Below the pieces are notes generated by a model, which worked only from the letters and a program-made list of their open reading frames with translations, did no database searches and was not told the origin of the DNA. Below are positions 11,301 to 19,497 of a stretch of 64,000 nucleotides of DNA, one piece after another (the stretch's first letter is position 1; each line of letters begins with the position of its first letter). Made by a program: the position numbers and the translations under genes. This DNA is from Spirochaetaceae bacterium. Lineage in GTDB: Bacteria; Spirochaetota; Spirochaetia; DSM-2461. The stretch spans positions 1,408,001 through 1,472,000 of the forward strand of contig OZ245056.1 in NCBI GenBank assembly GCA_965224705.1, written 5' to 3'.

Positions 11301-12311
11301 CACCGTCAGGGTGAAGTCATCGCTAACCATGCCTGTGTAGTTGCCTTTGCCGGTGGCCGTTACGGTGTAGTCGCCTCCATCATTCATGACAATGGCGCTG
11401 GTCATGGTGATGGTGCCGTCATCGGCGATGCTGACGGCGCCGGAGGTTACGCCAGGTCCCGTAATGCTCAAGCCGTAGTCGGTTCCCGCTGTTAGGGTGC
11501 CGCCGACCGTTACGCTATGGGTTCCCCCTGTCAGTGCCGTTGTGTTTGTATCGTCAACCGTGAGGAAGAATTCGGAGGAATCCAGGCTAGAGATATCTAT
11601 CTGATTTTCCAGCTTCTTCACCGTCAGGGTGAAATCTTTTGTGTCGCTCTCCGTTCCCAGAGTGATGGTTGCCCTCAGTACCACTGTGTCATCGGTTCCC
11701 GAAATGCCCGGGCGTGTCACAGCGGCGGTTTCTCCACTGGTACCGCTCAGGGTTATCGCCGTTCCGGAAGTTACTTCCCAGCTAATGGCGGTGCCCTTCT
11801 GGCCGGTAGTGGGCAGGGTAAAATCTAAATTAACGGCCGCCAAATCGCCGCCCGCCGCCGTTGTTATGTCCAGATCGGCCTTGTCGGCGGCTACCTTTTG
11901 GGCATCGGTTAATTCGGCGGCCTCCTCAATGGTAATGGATATTGTCGCCGTCTTTACCGTGCCGTCCGCGAGAGTGGCGGTAATGGTGTATTCCTTGGCT
12001 GCGGCGGCGGCCGTAGGAGTACCGGAGATAATCCCCGTGTCAGAGGCCAGTTCAAGGCCTGCAGGCAGGGCATCCCCACTTACCTTATACGTCACCCCGC
12101 TCCCCGGGTCGCCCTCCCATGTAGGGGACACTGCATTGATCGCGGTACCAGCCGTTCCGGTTACCGCAGAATAGCTGAGTTCCAATGGCAGCTCGGGCCC
12201 CCCGCCAGGGCAGGCTCCAAGCAGGGCGCTCATGGCAATGACCGCGAGCACCACCAAATAGAATTTACCTCTGCTTTTGGTTTTAAGATACCGATTTTGT
12301 TCGAAATTCAT
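8325..12311 (-). CDS. Large surface lipoprotein/adhesin: Ig-like domains, four FN3 domains, Listeria-Bacteroides (InlB B) repeat, BspA-type LRR C-terminus
   Basis: AGGAGG before ATG 12311; lipobox ALLGAC; LPAGL...GIISGTPT Ig motifs x2; FN3 repeats (VSWSAP...Y.V.VTA); GFAFAGWNTAADGSGTTY; LPDSVTRIDDFAF; IYVPADLVDDFK. Confidence 0.85.
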   Translation of the reverse strand: MNFEQNRYLKTKSRGKFYLVVLAVIAMSALLGACPGGGPELPLELSYSAVTGTAGTAINAVSPTWEGDPGSGVTYKVSGDALPAGLELASDTGIISGTPTAAAAAKEYTITATLADGTVKTATISITIEEAAELTDAQKVAADKADLDITTAAGGDLAAVNLDFTLPTTGQKGTAISWEVTSGTAITLSGTSGETAAVTRPGISGTDDTVVLRATITLGTESDTKDFTLTVKKLENQIDISSLDSSEFFLTVDDTNTTALTGGTHSVTVGGTLTAGTDYGLSITGPGVTSGAVSIADDGTITMTSAIVMNDGGDYTVTATGKGNYTGMVSDDFTLTVTKKSLTAAGLTLTIGATSVTAGTGGSPQVAISQGFTAGDDYILEITAPAGVATNHLSITNAGDITIAAAIAQGDGGIYTVTATGQNNYSGTVSTTFTLTVTDKPTLGTITYDDGDFTLGVQITDQSPIGTNSGEATYAMKTGESLPAGLSLAADGTISGTPTAGSSQTSYTIVATGKTGTVYDGDTQEIIILISVASLPGAPTITSVAPRDGKLLVSWSAPADKGYYNGIEGVIDEYTVYWGTSTGVTTGSTDKATVQAPATSHEISGLTNGDTYYVIVTATTGMGEGPASTESSAAPIANSLPEAPTITSVAPGDSKLTVSWSAPTDKGIYNGIAGVISEYTVYWDTSSGVTTGSTNKQTVQAPATSYEITGLTNNQEVYVIVTATTGMGEGPAPTADSGTPVPDDALPGKPTITSIDQGDGKLVVRWSAPTDKGIYNGIAGVISEYTVYWGTSTGVTTGSTDKATVQAPATSHELDPLANGQNYYVIVTATTGMGEGPASDEDSAAPVAGNTPPGAPTIGSATAGSTQVEVSWTAPTDNGIVGGSAGVPEYRIYYSTTQGFDIGTAPSREAGNSATSLMVDGLTDLTTYYFKVVAFTAAGESSPSGEVSATPKGVVLDVNGGTGNAAAAMLAGLSGTIPDASYGTLTRSGFAFAGWNTAADGSGTTYRSGDSYTFTDVTTLHAEWLTATAELRYDLINNDAEYAVFYDKVGLTQADVDLVTSVTIPAYWQEKPVTEIGQPVSVPSDERAFYQHDSVGEQLLFSSLTSVTMPEGLKRIHEKSFGNSSLSALTSLPDSVTRIDDFAFQSTDIALSSFPSSLTRIGVAAFQNVKTLTAPTFPANIILSSYPFQSANVAFNNIVNVTLNDGQHFQGVTFANPAVTLTTSSTNLQKTFQGSNVTSVDLTLLHETARAYLNETFIDCSSLTTVTVRYGSSVAADDRKVPQYTDAFSRASSLTDIYVPADLVDDFKNATGNAAGWSTHAAIIQAIP
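9770..10712. repeat. Three near-identical ~0.3-kb FN3-coding tandem repeats
   Basis: cgcagggccctcgcccatgccggtggttgccgttacgatgacgtag recurs at ~9798, ~10116 and ~10431; boundaries approximate. Confidence 0.85.
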
Positions 12312-12387
12312 GGAAATTCCTCCTAAAACTATTTTCAACTATATCCCCAACTTATTCAATTTAGGGATTTACAAAACAATACTTCTA

Positions 12388-12416
12388 ATAATACGTCCAA
12401 TGTTTGAGTTTGTCAA
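12388..12416 (-). promoter_or_regulatory. sigma70-type promoter of the surface-protein gene
   Basis: TTGACA-17 bp-TATTAT on the minus strand. Confidence 0.7.
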
Positions 12417-12417
12417 G

Positions 12418-12503
12418 TAGAAATTCCCTTTTTCCATCTTCTTCAGAGAATACTACCCCCCCCACAGCCTGCAAAAAAACGGTAAGATGATGAAAAGTCA
12501 GTA
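12418..12503. repeat. Degenerate ~85-bp poly-C-containing element, copy 1
   Basis: tagaaattccc...gaatactacccccccc acagcctgcaaaaaaacggtaagatgatgaaaagtcagta aligns by eye with 25975-26060. Confidence 0.55.
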
Positions 12504-12703
12504 CCCTGAATTCACCACATTCGCTTGCTGTCACCTTCAAATCTTTCAAAAACAGCCCGGCATCCTTGAGAACTTCCCGAAAAAGCGGGATTCCTACTGA
12601 GGTGAATGTCCGCCTGAATAATCAAAGCCCTCACTGCATTTGAGCCTCCCACCTCCGCCCCTCCGTGCCCTCCGAGAGAAACTCCCTTCCAGCTAAGCGA
12701 AAA

Positions 12704-12792
12704 GGGGGGATTCTCAAGGGGGACCTCCCCCTTGAGTCGTATTTTTCTTTGTTAAACTTTCTTTTTGTCGAAAAAAAAGAAAGTTTAGGCCC
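12704..12792 (+). repeat. Double-hairpin intergenic repeat R, copy 1
   Basis: GGGGGGATTCTCAAGGGGG-loop-CCCCCTTGAGTCGTATTTTTCTTTGTTAAACTTTCTTTTTGTCGAAAAAAAAGAAAGTTTAGGCCC; six copies in the window, all in the same orientation. Confidence 0.95.
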
Positions 12793-12902
12793 CGGATGCA
12801 TGGCCGAGCAGGAAGCAGAGCTTCCGACCAGGCCCAGCGGCCTGAGCGACTGCGGCTCGAGCGTAGATAAAACGACCAAACCATGCTATGCTGAAAAGCG
12901 TC

Positions 12903-14657
12903 ATGAAAAATCTGGAACAGGGAATCTCCGATTTCAAGGAATTCATCGACGAGAACTGCTACTTCGTCGATAAAACCCCTCTTATCGGCTATCTTATTGA
13001 CCACCCAAGCAAGGTGCACCTTATCACCCGCCCCCGGCGCTTCGGGAAAACCCTGAACTTAAGCATGATCCGCTACTTCCTGGAGGCACCGCCTCCTCCA
13101 AAAGGCCTCAAATGGCTAACCCTACTTCGCTCGCGCCGATCTGTTCCAGCTAATGCTTATTTGTTCAAAGACCGTTTCATCGCCTCCCACCCGCGCTGTG
13201 CCGAGTTCATGGGGCAGTACCCGGTCATTCACATCAGTTTCAAGGATGTGAAAAAATCAACTTTTGAAAAAAGCCTGAATTTCATCAAAGATGTCATATC
13301 GGATGAATTCATCCGGCACAGCTATCTGCTGGATTGCGGATGTATTTCAACACTTGAAAAGCCATTTTTTAAACAAATCATTCAAAAAGAAGCCAGGGAA
13401 GAGGATTTCGAAAAATCACTCAAATACCTCTCCGCCTGGCTCCACCGCGCCTACGGCAAACCGCCATACATCCTTCTGGACGAGTACGACACCCCCCTGC
13501 ACTCGGCCCATGTGGATAAGTACTACGACCAAATGATCGCCTTCATTCGCAGCTTCATGGTGCAAACCTTCAAGGACAACCCCCACCTGAAGCAGGCTGT
13601 GCTTATCGGCATTCTGAAGATTGCCCAGGAGAGCATCTTCAGCGACTTCAACAATCCCAGAGTCTCCACCATCCTTTCCCCGGCCATGAAGGACTGCTTC
13701 GGATTTACCGAGCCGGAACTTGAAAAAATGACCTCATACTTCGGTCTGGAAGACAAAATGGACGGAATCAAGGAATGGTATAACGGATACATCTTCGGCG
13801 GGGACACCGTCATCTACAATCCCTGGAGCATCGTCAATTACTTAAGCTCCCACGAGGAAGGACTGAAACCGCATTGGATAAGCACCAGCGACAACAGACT
13901 CGTCAAGGAAGTCATCAAACTAAAGCGCCGGGATGCGAAGATGACAACAGAAAAACTCCTGCGGAAGGAGGAAGTACGCAAACCGCTCTTAACCAACATT
14001 CCCTACACCCAGATAGAAAACGATCCGGATGTGGTATGGAGTTTTCTTCTCCACAGCGGCTATCTCAAGGCCTCCGAAATGCACCAGGAAGAACTGGGGA
14101 CCAGCTGGAGACTTTCCATTCCCAACAAAGAATTGGAGACGGCCTGGAAAACCGTTGTGCGGAGCTGGCTGAAGGAGGATCTCTCCGTCAACGAGGATTT
14201 TACGGACTTTGTCAGCGGCATCAGAGAAGCCAATCCCAGGCTGATTGAACGCGGCCTGAAGCGAATCCTCTTTGGCCTGGCCAGTTATTACGATAGCGCA
14301 CGGGACGAGGAGGAGAGACGGGAGAACTTCTACCATGGCCTGGTACTGGGTCTTCTGGCCTATCTTGGTCCGGCTTATGCCGTGGAGAGCAACCGGGAGT
14401 ACGGGAGAGGCCGCTCGGACATTGTGGTGGTCAGGAAGGGGAGCGATCCTGCTCAGGCCGAAGAGGCTTTTGTGTTCGAGTTTAAGCAGGGAAATACCGA
14501 TGCTGATACCTCACTGGAAGTGCTGGCCCAGGACGCTTATGCCCAGGCCGTGAAGGGATACCTTGACGGGGTTAAGGAGAAATGGCATCCGAAGGAATTG
14601 TTGGTTCTGGGGATTGGTTTCCGGGGGAAAGAACTGTCTCTGTATTGTGAGGCATAA
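12903..14657 (+). CDS. AAA-ATPase-like + PD-(D/E)xK nuclease protein, paralog 1
   Basis: GISDF...YFVDKT, Walker A RPRRFGKT, Walker B ILLDEYD, WYNGY, YNPWS, C-terminal ESNREYGRGRSDI...FEFK; architecture of AAA-ATPase_like (PF09820) + PDDEXK_9 (PF08011) proteins. Confidence 0.92.
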   Translation: MKNLEQGISDFKEFIDENCYFVDKTPLIGYLIDHPSKVHLITRPRRFGKTLNLSMIRYFLEAPPPPKGLKWLTLLRSRRSVPANAYLFKDRFIASHPRCAEFMGQYPVIHISFKDVKKSTFEKSLNFIKDVISDEFIRHSYLLDCGCISTLEKPFFKQIIQKEAREEDFEKSLKYLSAWLHRAYGKPPYILLDEYDTPLHSAHVDKYYDQMIAFIRSFMVQTFKDNPHLKQAVLIGILKIAQESIFSDFNNPRVSTILSPAMKDCFGFTEPELEKMTSYFGLEDKMDGIKEWYNGYIFGGDTVIYNPWSIVNYLSSHEEGLKPHWISTSDNRLVKEVIKLKRRDAKMTTEKLLRKEEVRKPLLTNIPYTQIENDPDVVWSFLLHSGYLKASEMHQEELGTSWRLSIPNKELETAWKTVVRSWLKEDLSVNEDFTDFVSGIREANPRLIERGLKRILFGLASYYDSARDEEERRENFYHGLVLGLLAYLGPAYAVESNREYGRGRSDIVVVRKGSDPAQAEEAFVFEFKQGNTDADTSLEVLAQDAYAQAVKGYLDGVKEKWHPKELLVLGIGFRGKELSLYCEA

Positions 14658-14731
14658 TCTCTCACGGAACGAGTTCACGGAGATTATTCAAGGCTTCCAT
14701 TCCCCATAGCATTCCGCTATAATGCAAAATT

Positions 14732-16486
14732 ATGCAAACCTTGCAACTGGGCATATCGGATTTCAAGAAATTTATCGACGAAGGCTGCTATTTTGTCGAT
14801 AAGACCCATCTTATCCGTTACCTTATTGATAATCCCTGCGAAGTCCATCTTATAACCCGTCCCCGCCGCTTCGGCAAAACCTTGAACTTAAGCATGATTC
14901 GCTATTTTCTGGAGGCCCCAACTCCGCCAAAAGGACCAAAATGGCTTGCCCGGCTTCGCTTGCGCCGAGCTGTTCCATCCAATGCCTATTTGTTCAAAGA
15001 CCGTTTCATCGCCTCCCACCCGCGCTGTGCCGAGTTCATGGGACAGTACCCGGTTATTCAGTTGAGCTTCAAGAATGTAAAGAGTGCAAGCAAAGAAGAA
15101 AGCATGGATTTAATGAAGTCCGTCATCGCGGATGAATTCGAGAGGCATAACTATCTTCTTGATAGAGAATTTCTCGATGAATTGAAGATAGAATACTATA
15201 CGAAAATCCAGAACAGAAAAGGTACGGACGGTGACTATACCCAGTCCATCAAATACCTCTCCGCCTGGCTTCACCGCGCCTACGGCAAACCGCCATACAT
15301 CCTTCTGGACGAGTATGACACACCCCTGCATTCGGCCCATCTGGATAACTACTACGACCAGATGATCGCCTTCATCCGCAGCTTCATGGTGCAAACCTTC
15401 AAGGACAACCCCCACCTGAAGCAGGCTGTGCTCATTGGCATACTGAAAATCGCCCAGGAAAGCATCTTCAGCGATTTCAACAACCCCAGAGTAAGCACAT
15501 TGCTGGATCCGGAAATTGAAGACACATTCGGGTTCACAGAATCCGAAGTGGAAGCCATGGCCGCTCACTTTGGCCTGGAGAATACCATGGATGGTATAAA
15601 GGAATGGTACAACGGCTACCTCTTCGGCGGGGAAACCGTCATCTACAATCCCTGGAGCATCGTTAGCTTTCTTGGCCGCCCCAGAGCCGGGCTGAAACCT
15701 CACTGGATAAGTACCAGCGACAACAGACTCGTCAAGGAGGTCATCAAACTCAAGCGCCGGGATGCGAAAATGACAACAGAAAAACTCCTGCGGAAAGAGG
15801 AAGTGCGCAAGCCGCTCTTAACCAACATTCCCTACACTCAGATAGAAAATGATCCGGATGTTGTATGGAGTTTCCTTCTCCACAGCGGCTATCTCAAGGC
15901 CTCCGAAATGCATCAGGAAGAACTGGGAACCAGCTGGCGGCTCTCCATACCCAACAAAGAATTGGAGACGGCCTGGGAGACCGTGGTGCGAAGCTGGCTG
16001 AAGGAGGATCTCTCCGTCAACGAGGATTTTATGAACTTTGTCAGCGGCATCAGAGAAGCCAATCCCAGGCTGATTGAACGCGGCCTGAAGCGAATCCTCT
16101 TCGGCCTGGCCAGTTATTACGATAGCACACGGGACGAGGAGGAGAGACGGGAAAACTTCTACCATGGCCTGGTACTGGGTCTTCTGGCCTATCTTGGTTC
16201 GGCCTATGCCGTGGAGAGCAACCGGGAGTACGGGAGGGGCCGCTCGGACATTGTGGTGGTCAGGAAGGGGAGCGATCCCGCCCAGGCCGAAGAGGCTTTT
16301 GTATTCGAGTTCAAGCAGGGAAACAGTGCCGCTGATACCTCACTGGAAGTGCTGGCCCAGGCCGCTTATGCCCAGGCCGTGAAGGGATACCTTGACGGGG
16401 TTAAGGAGAAATGGCATCCGAAGGAATTGTTGGTTCTGGGGATTGGTTTCCGGGGGAAAGAATTGTCTCTGTATTGTGAGGCATGA
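14732..16486 (+). CDS. AAA-ATPase-like + PD-(D/E)xK nuclease protein, paralog 2
   Basis: Same motifs; C-terminal half nearly identical to paralog 1; TATAAT 8 nt before the ATG. Confidence 0.92.
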   Translation: MQTLQLGISDFKKFIDEGCYFVDKTHLIRYLIDNPCEVHLITRPRRFGKTLNLSMIRYFLEAPTPPKGPKWLARLRLRRAVPSNAYLFKDRFIASHPRCAEFMGQYPVIQLSFKNVKSASKEESMDLMKSVIADEFERHNYLLDREFLDELKIEYYTKIQNRKGTDGDYTQSIKYLSAWLHRAYGKPPYILLDEYDTPLHSAHLDNYYDQMIAFIRSFMVQTFKDNPHLKQAVLIGILKIAQESIFSDFNNPRVSTLLDPEIEDTFGFTESEVEAMAAHFGLENTMDGIKEWYNGYLFGGETVIYNPWSIVSFLGRPRAGLKPHWISTSDNRLVKEVIKLKRRDAKMTTEKLLRKEEVRKPLLTNIPYTQIENDPDVVWSFLLHSGYLKASEMHQEELGTSWRLSIPNKELETAWETVVRSWLKEDLSVNEDFMNFVSGIREANPRLIERGLKRILFGLASYYDSTRDEEERRENFYHGLVLGLLAYLGSAYAVESNREYGRGRSDIVVVRKGSDPAQAEEAFVFEFKQGNSAADTSLEVLAQAAYAQAVKGYLDGVKEKWHPKELLVLGIGFRGKELSLYCEA

Positions 16487-16831
16487 TTTGACTGCTGTGC
16501 GGACTTCTATAATTCCTGAGGTGTATCCAGTTCTGAAAAACTATGGCATGACTTGTCCGAATCCTTTTGCTTCAGCCGTGTTCACCTCATCGTTTAAAAA
16601 CATTGTTTTCTGCATCGGTAATGGACAGCCTCCCTGATCTCTGTCACGTCCATTGTCATCTCTGTGCAAACGGCAAAGGAACTCAGCACTGGAATAACCT
16701 GATTGTGTGGACTAAATACTTCGGCTTCGGAAGGGGGATTGGTGACAGTTTTCTGTCCGAGGGAAATTTCCGGCGGTTTTAAGACTCCTTTTCTCTGTTT
16801 TGTGATAGGATTACCCCAATGGGGTACAATT

Positions 16832-17377
16832 GTGGCACTGAGCAGGAACGAAATAAAAGACAGGTCTCTGGCTTTTAGCCGGGAATGGGCCGGAGAAAGC
16901 CGGGAAAGAGCGGAAAAGGATAGTTTTTGGAATGACTTCTTCTCTGTGTTCGGCATCTCCCGGCGGCGCGTGGCAACCCTCTACCACTTCGGCATCCTCA
17001 CCTCAATTATGCACATGACATGGGTCAAATACACCTGTGGGCGATTGGAAAGCCGGTTCCGTTATTCCGCTGGAATCGTCTACAGCAACTACCCCCCGCC
17101 GAAGGCCTCCGGCGAGAAAAATAAAAAAACTGTTGAGCTAAAGGCACAAGGCGTATTGGACGCGCGGGAAAAATTTCCGGAAAGCTCCCTGGCTGATTTA
17201 TACGGCCTGCTAACCATGCCCCCCGTTTTAATAAAGGCGCATCAGGCTCTGGATAAGGCGGTGGATCTATGTTACCGCCCCCAATCCTTTAGCAGTGAAA
17301 CCGGGCGGATTGAGTTTCTGTTTGATTTGTATGGGCAGTATGTGAACGGGCTGGTTTATGAGAAAGGGAAGACGTGA
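16832..17377 (+). pseudogene. Internally deleted MmeI-like (type IIL) restriction-modification gene
   Basis: N-terminal ALSRNEIKDRSLAFSREW...FWNDFFSVFGISRRRVAT joined in frame to C-terminal YHFGILTS.MHM.W....GRLESRFRYS...SLADLY..LTMPP.L.KAHQALDKAVD; methyltransferase core absent. Confidence 0.85.
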
Positions 17378-17390
17378 TGGGGGCAAATCA

Positions 17391-17516
17391 GGGGAATTCT
17401 CAAGGGGGCCACCCCCTTGAGTCGTCTTTTTTCTTTGTTAAACTTTCTTTTTGTCGAAAAAAAAGAAAGTTTAGGCCCAGCGGCCTGAGCGACCAGTTTA
17501 GGCCCAGCGGCCCGAG
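17391..17516 (+). repeat. Double-hairpin repeat R, copy 2, with duplicated tail
   Basis: Same core; AGTTTAGGCCCAGCGGCC occurs twice in tandem; ends 9 nt before the methyltransferase ATG. Confidence 0.93.
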
Positions 17517-17525
17517 GGGCTGTAT

Positions 17526-18407
17526 ATGAACTATTCACCTTTGCGTTATCCGGGCGGAAAAAGCGCGCTCGCCCCCTTCTTGGAAAGTGTCATTCTGTGC
17601 AATAATTTTGAAGATTATACCTATATTGAGCCATTTGCCGGAGGGGCTGGAGCCGCTTTGACGTTGCTTTTTAATCGGGCTGTCGGTAAAATCCATATTA
17701 ATGATGCGGATAAGGCCATTTACTCTTTTTGGCACTCTGTTTTGTACGAAACTGGCGATTTGATAGAGAAAATAAAAAACACGGACATAACCGTTGAAGA
17801 ATGGTATAAGCAAAAAAACATATATGGAAATGAAGTTTCATTGCTTGAAAAAGGCTTTGCCGCTTTGTTCCTCAATCGCTGCAACCGTTCCGGCATTATC
17901 GCGACAGCCGGACCGATTGGCGGGCTGGAACAGAATGGCAGGTGGAAAATTGATGCCAGGTTCAACAAAGTGAGTATAATTTCCCGAATCAAAAGGATAG
18001 CAGACGAAAAAAAGAACATACTTCTATCTTCGTATGACGCACGGGAATTGATAACCAAAACAGATCGGGACAATTACTTCTTCTATCTGGACCCGCCCTA
18101 TTATACCAAAGGTGGTAAACTTTATTTTAATGTCATGAAAGATTGCGATCACAATGATATAGCAGAGTTGATTCAAAAATTTCCCGGACCATGGATTATG
18201 ACTTATGACAACGCGGCTTATATAAAATCTTTGTATGCTCCAAAGGACAATATCAAAATTTATGGCTTCGACTTACGCTACAGTCTGCAAAACAAGGCGA
18301 TTTACAAGGAGCTTTTAATAGCTCCTGACACGCTTTTTCTACCGCAAAGGTTAAAAATAAACGGTAAATACCAAAATTACAGGCAGGAAGGAGTACTGTA
18401 TGGCTGA
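17526..18407 (+). CDS. Dam-like (D12 class) N6-adenine DNA methyltransferase
   Basis: SPLRYPGGKS, YIEPFAGGAG (SAM binding), FLNR, FYLDPPYY (catalytic). Confidence 0.93.
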   Translation: MNYSPLRYPGGKSALAPFLESVILCNNFEDYTYIEPFAGGAGAALTLLFNRAVGKIHINDADKAIYSFWHSVLYETGDLIEKIKNTDITVEEWYKQKNIYGNEVSLLEKGFAALFLNRCNRSGIIATAGPIGGLEQNGRWKIDARFNKVSIISRIKRIADEKKNILLSSYDARELITKTDRDNYFFYLDPPYYTKGGKLYFNVMKDCDHNDIAELIQKFPGPWIMTYDNAAYIKSLYAPKDNIKIYGFDLRYSLQNKAIYKELLIAPDTLFLPQRLKINGKYQNYRQEGVLYG

Positions 18408-19497
18408 CTATGAAATGCTGCCGGTTGAACAACTTTTGTTTGATAAATCAAACCCGCGGCTTGTGGAATTTGACAGCAGCGGAGGCAAGGAAAAAGATAT
18501 TATATCGCTCCTTTGGGATTCCATGAATGTCAAAGAGCTGGTGCTGTCCATTGCCCATTCTGGCTATTTCATCAACGACCCTTTAGTCGTCGCTGTGGAG
18601 GATGGCCAGAATATTGTCATTGAGGGCAACAGGCGGCTTGCGGCCGTCAAAATTCTTTTGAATCCCGGTGATTATCCCTGGAGTATCCCGGAAGTGGAAC
18701 AGGCCCGCCTTGATTCCCTAAAAAAACTGCCGGTCGTCTTTATGAAGCGCGAAGAGTCCTGGCAGTTTATTGGATTTAAGCATGTCAACGGCGCGGTTAA
18801 GTGGGACAGTTACGCCAAGGCCCGCTACATCGCCTCGGTTCACAACAAACATGGCATACCGCTTGATGAAGTTGCCATGCAGATTGGCGATACGCATAAA
18901 ACCATTCGTAAACTCTACCGCGGCATCATGGTTATTGAACAGGCCGAAAAGAAAACCGAATTCAAGAGAGATGATATTGATAGGTCAAAGTTTTCCTTTT
19001 CGCATCTTTACACCGGGCTGGGGTATCGGGGCTTTTCGGAATTTCTTGATCTGAAGCACGAGAATAGCAATACCGATGAATTTGTCCCTGAAAATAAAGA
19101 GAAAGAACTGGAAGAGCTGTTTTTCTGGCTTTATGGCAGTAAAAAAATGGCGCGTGCCCCTGTTTTGCGCAGCCAAAACCCCGATTTAAGAAAACTGAAC
19201 ACCGTTGTCAGCAGCCGGGAATCTCTGTCAGTCCTAAGGAATAGCGGGAACCTTGATCAAGCCTATGAGTCCGCCCGCTCTGTTACTTCTCTGTTTGAAG
19301 AGGAATTGACCCAGGCGAAATCTTCATTATTAAAAGCAAAAAGCCATGTGGTTGAAGGTTTCGATCAATCGGAGGAACTACTCAGAATGGCCGGAACCAT
19401 CGCTAATCTGGCGGAAGATCTCTACGAAGAGATGGAAAGGAAATACAATTCCGACAGTAAAACCGCTAGAAGAAGGAAATTCACCGAGGATAGTTGA
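18400..19497 (+). CDS. ParB/Srx-like N-terminal domain protein
   Basis: LLFDKSNPR...LVLSIAHSGY...PLVV...IVIEGNRRLAAVK; GGAAGGAG RBS; 8-bp overlap with the MTase gene. Confidence 0.85.
   Translation: MADYEMLPVEQLLFDKSNPRLVEFDSSGGKEKDIISLLWDSMNVKELVLSIAHSGYFINDPLVVAVEDGQNIVIEGNRRLAAVKILLNPGDYPWSIPEVEQARLDSLKKLPVVFMKREESWQFIGFKHVNGAVKWDSYAKARYIASVHNKHGIPLDEVAMQIGDTHKTIRKLYRGIMVIEQAEKKTEFKRDDIDRSKFSFSHLYTGLGYRGFSEFLDLKHENSNTDEFVPENKEKELEELFFWLYGSKKMARAPVLRSQNPDLRKLNTVVSSRESLSVLRNSGNLDQAYESARSVTSLFEEELTQAKSSLLKAKSHVVEGFDQSEELLRMAGTIANLAEDLYEEMERKYNSDSKTARRRKFTEDS

Noticed and set aside
16487..16831. Possible small gene between paralog 2 and the MmeI remnant
   Set aside because: Only short ORFs with no motif or RBS in any frame
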